Both the position numbers and the translations under genes were made by a program. A stretch of 50,924 bases of DNA, counting the filler, from Circinaria calcarea (taxonomy: Eukaryota): assembly GCA_051942165.1 (NCBI GenBank). It is 2 parts of 2 records of this genome, joined end to end, with 100 filler letters (N's around TTAATTAATTAA, not from the genome) between each part and the next. Parts side by side here need not be neighbours in the genome. Positions count along the whole stretch, not along the records: positions 1 to 25,436 come from JAVECS010000094.1; positions 25,537 to 50,924 come from JAVECS010000095.1. The stretch is one strand, 5' to 3'. The notes under the pieces were generated by a model, which was given only the letters and a program-made list of their open reading frames with translations, had not been told where the DNA came from and did no database searches. Shown here piece after piece: positions 24,182 to 34,560 of this stretch. How positions within the stretch are numbered: the stretch's first letter is position 1; each line of letters starts with the position of its first letter.

Positions 24182-25436
24182 ATGTTGACTACGACTCACA
24201 ATCTCTCCTTCTCCGCCCGGGCAGATCTACCGAACAACACCTCTCTTAGCATCTACTTGCTTCACCTCATCTGCATCAAAAAATCCAACCTCTGCGTCTC
24301 GGCCGACGTGAACTCGACATCGGCTTTGTTACGCCTTGCAGAAGACGTCGGTGATTCCATCTGTGTGTTGAAAACGCATGCGGACATCATTGACGACTTT
24401 GGCGAGAGGACAATCAAGGGCCTCAAGGAGATCTCCAAGCGCAAGAAATTTTTGATATTCGAGGATCGAAAATTTGGTGATATCGGCAGTGCGTCCCCGT
24501 TTTCAATCCCCGTATTCCTGGCTTCCTTTGACTTTGGCTAAATAATGCCCCGCTATAGGTACCGTTCAGGCCCAATACACCCGCGGGCCCCTTTCGATAG
24601 CCACATGGGCCCACCTCACAAATGCACACATATTCCCGGGTCCGGCTATAATCACCGCCCTCCACTCTGCAGCTGCATCCACCATAGAAGCCATCAATAA
24701 ATGCGTCCTGACGGAAATCAGCGCGGGAACGCCCCGTCCCTCGTCCGACTACGACGAGGACGAGGACGAGGACGAAGACGAGGATGAGGACGAGGACGAG
24801 AACGAAGATGAAACCCAAGACGGCGAACTAGACTACGGCTTTTCCAGACCAGGCGACAACCGCCCCATGTCGAGTTCCGGCCGCAAAGGAAGCGTCGTCA
24901 CCGCCATAACTACAATTTCCCAAACAGTCGAGACGCACGATCGCACGCCCTCAACCCTCTCCAGAACAACCTCGGCCGGCGAAGACGAAGTGACAGACCG
25001 GGAAGCCGCCCTCGAAGAACTCGGCGACCCGCCACTCGCGCGGGGCCTTCTTCTCCTTGCGGAAATGAGCAGCGAGGGAAACCTCATGACAGGGCCATAT
25101 ACCCAAAGCTGTGTCCAAGCCGCACGCTCCAACTCCGACTTCGTGCTTGGCTTCGTCGCACAGCATTCCCTGAACGAAAAGCGCGGCGACAATTTCCTCT
25201 GCTTTACGCCCGGTGTCAGTTTGCCGCCCGAAGGGGAGGAACAGAGAAACGCGAAGACGGGCGATGATTTGGGGCAGCAGTATCGGACGCCGGCGAAGGT
25301 GGTGAGGGAGGAGGGGTGCGATGTTGTGATTGTGGGGCGAGGGATCCTGGTGGCGGGGGACCGGAAGGTGGAGGCGGAGAGGTATCGGCGGGAGGCTTGG
25401 GGAGCGTATGAGCGGAGAGTTGGGAAGGGAGGGAAG
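24182..25436 (+). CDS. URA3: Orotidine-5'-phosphate decarboxylase (URA3/pyrG) with long acidic insertion; stop codon lost in the gap
   Basis: KKSNLCVSADV, LKTHADII and catalytic EDRKFGDIGST (intron 24489-24558); RGLLLLAEMSSEGNL, FTPGV, GQQYRTP and DVVIVGRGI. Confidence 0.96.
24747..24812 (+). repeat. (GACGAG)n hexamer repeat encoding poly-DE in URA3
   Basis: gacgaggacgaggacgaggacgaagacgaggatgaggacgaggacgag. Confidence 0.9.
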
Positions 25437-25536
25437 NNNNNNNNNNNNNNNNNNNNNNNNNNNNNNNNNNNNNNNNNNNNTTAATTAATTAANNNNNNNN
25501 NNNNNNNNNNNNNNNNNNNNNNNNNNNNNNNNNNNN
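25437..25536. other. Artificial scaffold spacer N44-TTAATTAATTAA-N44
   Basis: Exactly 100 bp, with a palindromic 12-mer that places stop codons in all six frames. Confidence 0.95.
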
Positions 25537-26656
25537 AAATTAAAGAAAAAAAAATTGGCAGAACGATGTGATGTGATAAGGAGATAGAGGGGAGGGAGAA
25601 TGTAGTGTAGGATAGTCGGGAAGGATTGGTTCTAGGAGGAGCTTGCACGGCGGGGGCGGAGGATGCGTGGGGGGAAAAGAAAAAAGAAAAAATCAAATAC
25701 TAGTTCATGAACCAACGTGCGTTTTATCCGCGTACACAAAATTGGGGGGTCCTGATCTAAGAATCCAAAACACAATAATGTTTTCGGAAAAGCCAAACCG
25801 GGGCTGGTTTTTACACTTGTGAACCAGGAAACCCCCAACTCTGGAGTTTGGCTCCGGGCTGGTAACTACTCTTCCCCACCCCCCCTTTTCCAGCTTCTGG
25901 GGAAACCTGTCGAACAAAGGCACCCCCTGGAACTTTCGGGCTAGCATCCGCACAAAAAGGCAATTCATGAAAAGCCTTCTACCCGGTACCGGGAGTACCC
26001 CGGGATTCTTCTTCAGGATATACCAAGTCAACACGAACTTTCCGCTCGTTGACGGGTCTGAAAGCCCCCATGTTTCCGGATCCCGAAGCAAAGATCCGGA
26101 CGTTGATGCGAAACGAAACCGACGAGTTCATTTTTCCCCTTTTGAGGCTGCTGATAGGAAGTTATAATGGAACTCCAGTATTATCTAGTGTAGTTCAAGA
26201 AAGGTTCTAAGGCAAAACTGCAATTCTCTTCTCTGAGTGGTCCTTGGTAAATTTTTGTGGGGTCGAGCAATGAATGTTGTTGCGGCTGGTGGGAGCGTAT
26301 TTTTACTTCATTGCTACCAGTCCTAGAGTAGTATGACGTTTCGAAGCGGACTCTCAGGTACAAAAATCCATGCCGTCGCTATGCAGCCGCGCTATCGGCA
26401 CTTGCTTTCGCTCCCACCATGCGTTTTTGCTGTCGTCACGAGCCTATGCCGCGTGGTTATAAGACATCTCGCTCCGTAACCGGCTATAGCGACAGCATAA
26501 TAACGTATACATAGTTGCGAGTTGACCTCGCGATAGCGAGAGAGCAAGCCAGCAGCGAAGATGGCATGGCAATAGCGAGAGACGTGGTAACGGTAGGAGG
26601 GTGTGGCAACAGCAGTACTTCAAACGAACTGAAGGGTCGTTGATAACGTAGTTTGC

Positions 26657-29600
26657 CTAGGACGTATGAGTAACAACAGCTTCTTTGTTTTCCAGTGCCC
26701 GCTTGACCACAGCTATCTCATTCCCCTTTACAAAAACTAGATCGCCCTTACTCGTAACCTTTAGAATGAGATTCCAGTTCGCGCTCAGCCACTCACTAGG
26801 AATAAAACAGTGCTGATAGTACTCGCGCTCGAACATTTCCAGATCCAGACTGCACACCCACATCCTCCGGTCAAGAAATAAGAGGGTCCGCCCGCGACAG
26901 CCAATGAGATGCTCGATGTTGGGTGAGATCTTTTCAAACAGCGGAAGCGGTTCGAGAATGATGGGGAAGGGCTCTTCGAAGGAGGAAGCGGATAGAATTA
27001 GGACATGGGATGTGGATTGCTGGCTGTCCGATTTCGAGAACTCGATGGAGAGCTTACAGCCGTCGGAGCAAGCAGCGGCGCCTTTTACAGACACATTGGT
27101 GCTCATGTTCGAGGCTAGGCTAATGTCTGCAAAAGTATGGGACTCTAAGAGCTCGTCCCACCTATGAAGGTGCGCCGCCTTCGCGGTGATATGGATTAAC
27201 ATGCCTGGGTCGCGAGGGTGATTCACCCACTTCCACGAAGCTCTTTTTGGAAAGTTTCTCCTGCTGTGTACACCACTGTTGATATCATATATCGTATCAG
27301 AGACGATAGTCGAGACCAGGAGGCGGTTGCTATCTGCATTGAGAAGAACCTGGCTGATGGAGTAGTCCGGAATACGAGTATCAAGCAGTGGGCCTTCAAC
27401 AGCCAATACATTACCCTTCGTTAAGATTCTCCACACCATAAGCCTGCTTGAGACGTCGGAGCTAATGAGTACATCTAACATGCTCCCATATTCGAGAATC
27501 TTAATCGCGACCCCTTGTGCATGTTGGTATAGCACTTGAACTTCTTTGCCATTCGCTGTAGAATAAAGCGCGATAGCACCGTTCTCCTTGCCGCAAAACA
27601 CAAATTCTCCACTCGGATGGCATACAATCGCAGTGATTCCAGCTCTTTCCCCAACACTGCTGATGGCTACTACCGTTGGTTCTATGGCAATTGTGTCAGA
27701 AACGCTGTCCGTCTCGCGGGAGTCGGCATGTACCAGGACGGGCGGCTCCCTATAGAACAGATTAGCAAACGATACAATGCACAAAGCTACATATAGGCAG
27801 TTCACAAGATATTCGATCATGTCTGACTGATCAAATCAGGCCATCCTGAGAGTTCAGGAAAGCTGCTGATACATATGTCCATATTTCAACTGGAAGTCGT
27901 ACAAGGTCTATTTGGTAGAGTAACAAAAGTCCCTCAGTAGACCTACCGGTCATAGCTATCAAATAAAAGTTGCACGTACTCACCAGATGTTACACTGGCT
28001 CCCACGAATATCCAAAAATCGAAGACTGTCGCTGCTAAATACCAAGGCTCTGACGGAGTAATCGGACGCAATGACTCTATATATCAAATTAAGAGATTCG
28101 GATTGGAAGATCTGTATAGTACCAGTGGTACTCCCAGTGGCCAAAGTATGGCCGTCCGGACTACAGGCTAAAGTTTGGGCGTCGGCCTGCACATGAGCGC
28201 TGACAGCGAGCTCACACGGATCGAATGCAACCAAGTTGCCGTCGTGGTAGAGTGTTGCGATAGAGTTTATTGCTGGATTCGGGTTGAATACGAAATCACA
28301 TACCCATAACAAGGCATGGTCTATTCGCTCAAGCTCGGTATCAGTTCCTCTCGCACAATGGCCGAAAAAGCTACCGTCACCTATGTCGTACAGCCCGATC
28401 GGTCGGCCCCTTTGCACAGCTGCCACCATATTGAGCTCAAGCGAGAAGGCAGCAGAAGTATATGTGCGGCTGAACCCAGCCTCTCCATCTTCGTCAGGAG
28501 GCATGTTTAATGCAACGAGTGAAAGCCTTAACCCGTCGGAAACAGAGAATGTTGAAAGAATCCCTCCTTTGGTTACTAGCTGAAGAACCTTATCTCGGTC
28601 CGTAAACATTAGAGTGAGGCACTCCTGGGGTAGTCGATTCTGCCACATCAGCTGTCCGCTATCAAGATTAAATAGGGTAACATAATGGACGCTTGTAACT
28701 GCTAATAGCCTTCCAGAACTACTGAAACTCAGACTTTTTGCTGGTTGTGTACCGATCAGTTGCTGTATCTCCTGAGAGGTCGAATTGGAATAAAGTTTTA
28801 TTGATTTGTCGGACAGACCTATTGCGAAAGAGGCGTCGGCGCAAGCTATGGCTCTGGTTTGCCTTTCTTGGTAGTGAATGCAAGAAGTTCGATCACTCCA
28901 CACACTGGGCGAAAGTCCACATACGGCAATGCTATGATGAGTTGAACCAAGCAGGGCTCCAATCGCAGTCTTTGGTGGGCAAAATGGAGGTATCAACCAG
29001 AATATAGCTGACGGGCACTCGATGAGATTCCTGCCGAATTGTGCTGCCAGACGAACAAGGTCCGACTGCCAACTATCGACGAGCTGCACATCCCTGCCAA
29101 TTGGGGAATGATACTTTGCCCTGGCTTGGAGGAAGCTTTTCAAGTCTTTGGCGGTACGAGTCAGACAATGAAGATTTCTGGTGCGTGCCACATACTCAAT
29201 CCAAGAACTAACATTTCCTCCTAAGAAGTTGGAGAGGCCAATGGAGCGTTGTGTGTCTTCCGAATGAGATCGTCGGAGATGTTGGCTGAAGTACAGACAG
29301 GCATAATCCGCAAAAGGGGATCGTTTTGCACTCTTTGCACGATACATTTGCATAAGCCTTTGGCTCCGAGGAGGTTTCATCTCGCCGCTACTTAGATATT
29401 GCAAGCAGACATCGGCAATCCGGCCATGGCCATCGGCTGCTTCAAACACAAACTCAGATATCAGCTGTTGTCGTAAAATATATGCTCGCACGGTTTCGTG
29501 GACCAGCGATACCCTACCCATTTTATCAATATGAACCAAATGCCCGCAAGTAGAAGTTATAAACCCTTCCAAAGCAAGCACAGTTTCTCCAGTGTCGAGT

Positions 29601-32042
29601 TTCAGTGCGTACTCTAGTTCTTCGAGTGTTAGGGGACGAATGGCACATACAGTCCACAAAAGAATAGCTTTTATAAGATGCTTGCCGCGGTTAGTCCGCG
29701 ACATTAGGTCTAGCGCCCTTTCGTATAATGCGTCCATTCCACGTGGGACTTCATCGAGTACTTGCTGAATATCAGCTTCACTGAAAGCCGACCGCATCTC
29801 CTCAACAACTAAGACTACCCACAGAAAGGAGCCGTTGGATTTTCCCAGGATGGTTTCAGTGACTATTTGACGGTAAGCTTCGTCCTGTAATGTTAGGTTT
29901 CCCATGTTGGCCTGTAAGTAGAGTTCGATATCACTACGAGTATCGTTGACGGTTATATTATCAGTGTATACTAGATCCTCGAGCTGTGAAAAGTGTCTGA
30001 TAATCTCACTCGTAGGCCGACTTGTTATGAAAACTCGTAGTGGAAAAAATCCGCTGACTTTACTAAGCATGGTGACGATGCTGTGTTGGCTGCTGCACTC
30101 ATCCAAAGCATCGATCACCCAGAAATGTGGCCGATCCAGGCTTACTTCGAATATGCCGCTCAGAAAAAGCTTGCGCCATACTGCAAGTTCGTTATTTTTG
30201 TCAAATTGAACGCCATTATTTTTCATAAGCAAAAGCCGGTGACGTATACGGAGGTCGAATAGGGCCATCTGGTACGCCAATGACCTCAGGCAGCCGCTGA
30301 GACTTAGTTTGGCTGTTTCGTTGTGCTTGAAGAAGTAGTAGCTGCAGTTCGCATTGACAGCCTCGAGATTCCGGATAATATGGGCTGCCATGATTGATTT
30401 CCCTGTTGCCGGTGGTGCCCTGAGCCAGTAATGCGAACGGGTGTCTGGATGAAAGTCCCGCCATGCTTGAAACTGCCTTTTCCAGGTGAACCACTCACAT
30501 GACCCTTCAAGCTGAGTATCTTCCAAAATTATCAAATCATCTTCCGGAACTTCGGATACGCCAAGGTAATCTTGGAGCTCTCCTAATTGACCCCAATGTT
30601 GATCGCGCTTTAAGATAATGACTGAAAGGTTCTTAATCATGTAGTGCCACTCTCTTCACTCATGGGATAAACACACCTTTTTCTGAGACGTCTCTTACTA
30701 AAGTTATTAACGCATTTCTTATGCTGATGAAATTCGGGTCCGATGGAGTGTCAAACTTGCAGATGCCTCGGTGCGTTGCATTAAGCAATGCACTTTGCTC
30801 ATTTGGATAGCCCAAAGTCGCGGAGTCCTTATTAACAATCAGAAGGGACGAGACCCCAACGCTAGTTTTTATGGTTTCATAGAACGATCGTAAGACGAGT
30901 GCATTGGAATAATGCCGAAACTCGTCGTTTATTGACTGTATCGCTCCTGAGTTCCTCTCCAGATCCGAAACGAAAGGCTTCTGACTGTACACCAATGATG
31001 CACGTAGTATGTTGTTTAGTAGGGTCGCAGAGTCTGCACCCCGATGCGGCGTAGCAAGGAAAACTATACCATGAACGCGATTTGCTAGGGATTTCGTTGA
31101 AGGATCCTGACTCGCAAGGATATATGTCTAAGATCATTGTGAGTATTGGCAAACCGCTAAAGTTCTAACAAAATAACTGTAGAATCATCCCTTGGATCAG
31201 AAAAATATGCCTACGAAAAGCTTTTACCAAGCTAAATACCCTCTAAAAACTCCCATAAGTGCTTAATATAAAGCTTTCCAGATATACACGTCTGCAAGTT
31301 TGCTGGCAAGTGCAAACGGAGGACTCCGGTGGGAGCATTGACCAACAAGAAATATCCCATGAGTTTGTACAGTGTTTGCCAAGCAAGGAATGTATACCTT
31401 TTTGATAACGAGACCTCCCATGCTATGACCAATAAACACAATAGGTGTCTGCTTCTCCGTCAGCAAAAGCCCTACCTACAACGCTTACTATACTCGACGC
31501 CCATGGCCGTAGCCACGCGACCACTAGGGATAGCCCAGACACTTGAGTAGGATCCCATAAAGTGGAGAATATTCTACCTACATCGTTATCTTTCCCAATT
31601 TCTGGAGAGTTGATGACTTCTGCTAGAAGTGATTTCCCGAAATCATGTATATTCAGCACGCTATCCTTTCCGTCTCCCCAGTCCGAACTGTAGCCGAAAC
31701 TGTGTATCCGGACATTCTTGAACTCGGGATCTCTGGAAAGCCACTCCTTCGGCCAGAAATGGTACGGATCGCTTGTTTTGCTCCAGGTCTTTCTTGAACC
31801 GCCTCGGAGACCATGAACAAAGACAAAGTCGACGAGTGGCGCCGGTGGTGCGTATAGAAGGTTAAGGCCAAGTGCTCCAACTTCGCTGTCGATGGTATCA
31901 AGAGGTCGACCTAGCCCAGTCAAGCCGCTTAAACTGTGCTCAAGAACGCTTAATTCGGAGATATGAGATTTGCGCCGCCTTGAAAACTGAACCAGTGGAC
32001 ATTAGCAAGTAAACCTCCAAAGTCGAATTCTCGACTCACCAT
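26657..32042 (-). CDS. NLR-like protein: SesB-like alpha/beta-hydrolase + NACHT + WD40-like repeats (1546 aa, 6 exons)
   Basis: Exons 32042-32040, 31986-31582, 31448-31398, 31127-30677, 30621-27984 and 27749-26657 sum to 4641 nt in one frame. Hydrolase motifs VFVHGLRGGS, GHSMGG, FLATPHRG and NATHRGICKF; Walker A APPATGKS; Walker B WVIDALDEC; GSFLWVVL, RPLTLEEL, VHETVRAY; WD-like C-terminal repeats. Confidence 0.92.
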
Positions 32043-32404
32043 GACAATGCAAAGTAGTTATGCAGGTTCTCCTCGAAAAACTGCCAAATAGTCGTACTTG
32101 AAGGAGTAGTGCCATACGACTTTCAACGCAAAGATAGCAAGCCGGCAGCCTGCAGGGATGAAAATTACTAATCGCTTCTCCCCAGTTAGCTCTTTCATCC
32201 GCCAATCGGCAGTTAATAGAAGCCATACCGATTAATATGATAAGCCACAAAGCGGGAAGGAATATACGTGTGGGGTACACAGGCCAGCACCTACACTTAA
32301 GCGCCCTGTATTTGGTCCCAATTTCGGTATATCTATACAAAAGGATAGGAAACTGGTTCTTCTTTCGACAGTGGTATTCTGTTAAACTTTAAGATTCAGT
32401 CCCA

Positions 32405-33764
32405 ATGACGGACCTATTCAAAGCCCAGTCGCTGGAAGATCCCCATCCGAACAACATACAACTTGATGAGAATGTAGTTGCCGGTAAGGCTGCCGCATTC
32501 CAGTCAGAGTATTATTCGTATCGGGACCTGATTACTTATAGTGATTCCTGAAGCGCGCAACGCCATCAGAATCCACGCTTCCGGCCATGGAGCCAGTTAC
32601 TGGACTAGGACTGCGGGTGTTCGAGTTCAACTTCCCAATGGGATCGAAAGGAAGTACTTCCTAAAGGTTGCCGCCGGAGACAGGGGCCTTGGAATGATGG
32701 AAGGTGAATTCGAGTCTATGAAGGTCTTGCATGCCGTGACACCTAACTTCGCCCCGAAACCAATATCTTGGGGCACATTCAAATCAAATCCGGACCTCCA
32801 TTTCTTCCTCTGCAACTTCCACGATATGGATGACGAATTGCCGGAGCTCGGAAAATTCTCTGCGAGCTTAGCACAAATGCACCGGGATTCGGTTTCCCCA
32901 GCTGGCAAGTTTGGCTTCCATGTTACAACATATAATGGGAATATTCCTCAAGACGTTCGCTGGACAGATACATGGGAAGAATGCTTTGTGAATGGGACGA
33001 GAAGAGACTTTGAACTGGAAAAAGAAGCACGCGGCCCAAGCGAAGAATTAGAAGCACTCATGGGTCCACTGTTTGAAAAAGTCATCCCACGACTGTTGCG
33101 ACCATTGGAAACAGGCGGCCGGAGCTTGAAGCCATGTTTTGTCCATGGTGACCTCTGGTATGGGAACGGTAAATTCTGCCGTGCCCTTGAAATATGTCCC
33201 TTAACTGAATGCTTTTTTGCCAAGCATCGAATGATATATCGACTGATCACCCAATGGTCTTCGACGCAGCTGGCTTCTATGGCCACAATGAATGTGAGCA
33301 CCTCATACGGTGGAGTAATTATTCCATGATGGTAAGTGGCATACTGATATCAGTTGCTCAGTTGATGTCAAGGCAATGAGAATCAACCGATACCAGTTTG
33401 GACGGAACTATATGAATGCTTACCACTCGCATTTCCCAATCTCGCCGCCAGAGGAAGATCTTGATGCAAGACTCGCTTTATATTCCTTGAGAAGGTACGG
33501 CTCCTGGAGAATCTATGAATGCTTGTGTCTACCCATTTCTTGAAGGTGGATAACTACTTGTTGGACCTCACTGAAAGCTCCCATCAGTTATTTGCACGAG
33601 AGTACTCTCTTTGTATCAGATCTTAAGCATAGACAAGAGTATGTTCACTACCCAAAGTGATTAACAAGAAAGTCGCTTAGCTAAGCTCATATAGGCTGAT
33701 AGAAGAAACACGAAAGCTTGTAGAAGCGTTCCCGAAAGGTCTCGATGAGGCTCGAGAGAAATAG
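32405..33764 (+). CDS. Fructosamine-3-kinase / ribulosamine kinase-like protein (multi-exon)
   Basis: ATG 32405; intron 32484-32540; YFLKVA, GEFESM, GKFGFHVTTYNG, VIPRLLRPLE, HGDLWYGN, VFDAAGFYGHNE and PPEEDLDAR. Last exon LIEETRKLVEAFPKGLDEAREK*. The 3' exon model is less certain. Confidence 0.88.
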
Positions 33765-33990
33765 GGTATACTAGTGTGCTCCGACAGCCTCGACGATTCG
33801 GGGAATATCCGCTGCCAGGTTTAGTGATTCGTAGTGTTGCCGAATGTACTGCAATAGTGGTACTTGATCTTCCAGTCCCTTGCGATTGTTTGATCAAAAT
33901 ATGTAGTGGTGGAATTAAACTATGCTGTATTAGTTTTTCAATTTCTTGAGAAACGTCGGCTTCAACCAGTTAGAGACACCAACCGGCATA

Positions 33991-34560
33991 TCATAAAGTC
34001 TCCTTAAGCTTATCGACCCGGATGAACAGCGCTTCGGCTTTAGCTAGAACAGCTTTATTGCCATCTTCAATCGACGCATCAACGTAGTACTTCCGCCCCG
34101 TAATTTCCCGAAACCTTGCGGTAAGAAGAATGGTCAAGGGGGTCACCACCGGCTTCAAGTAGGTGACGTTCAAGTAAGCTGTGACGCTCGTTCCTCTCAC
34201 GGCAGCATGTTCCATATTTTTGTTTACTGTTAACAAGTTGCCCATGACTTCGTCCAGTATCGTTGCTATAATGCCGCCATGACAGAGATGAGGGTAGCCA
34301 TTAACGCGATAGCCCAGGCTGACGAGCATACACACTTCATGGACATGACTAACTCCAAGAGGAGGCTGTTTGTAGAATGACAAGCATGCCCTGATAGTCT
34401 CTTGGGTATTCAGAGTCTCGGCAAACAAAGCATCCTCGGTGCTCTCCTTATACTGACGGGAGGGGGTAGCGATAATGACAAGGTCACGATCATCCAGAAG
34501 CTTTTGGCACCAAGGGATTAACTGAAAATAGGCTTGATCGGGATCAGTCGTTGTGGTCAT
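33991..34560 (-). CDS. PaaI/hotdog-fold acyl-CoA thioesterase
   Basis: NGYPHLCHGGIIATILDEVMG, TAYLNVTYLKPV and LAKAEALF. Confidence 0.9.
   Translation of the reverse strand: MTTTTDPDQAYFQLIPWCQKLLDDRDLVIIATPSRQYKESTEDALFAETLNTQETIRACLSFYKQPPLGVSHVHEVCMLVSLGYRVNGYPHLCHGGIIATILDEVMGNLLTVNKNMEHAAVRGTSVTAYLNVTYLKPVVTPLTILLTARFREITGRKYYVDASIEDGNKAVLAKAEALFIRVDKLKETL

Noticed and set aside
25481..25492. TTAATTAATTAA as a regulatory palindrome
   Set aside because: It is embedded symmetrically in Ns and is an assembly linker.
25632..26167. Short ORFs immediately after the gap
   Set aside because: Homopolymer-rich, low-quality-looking sequence with no recognisable motif.
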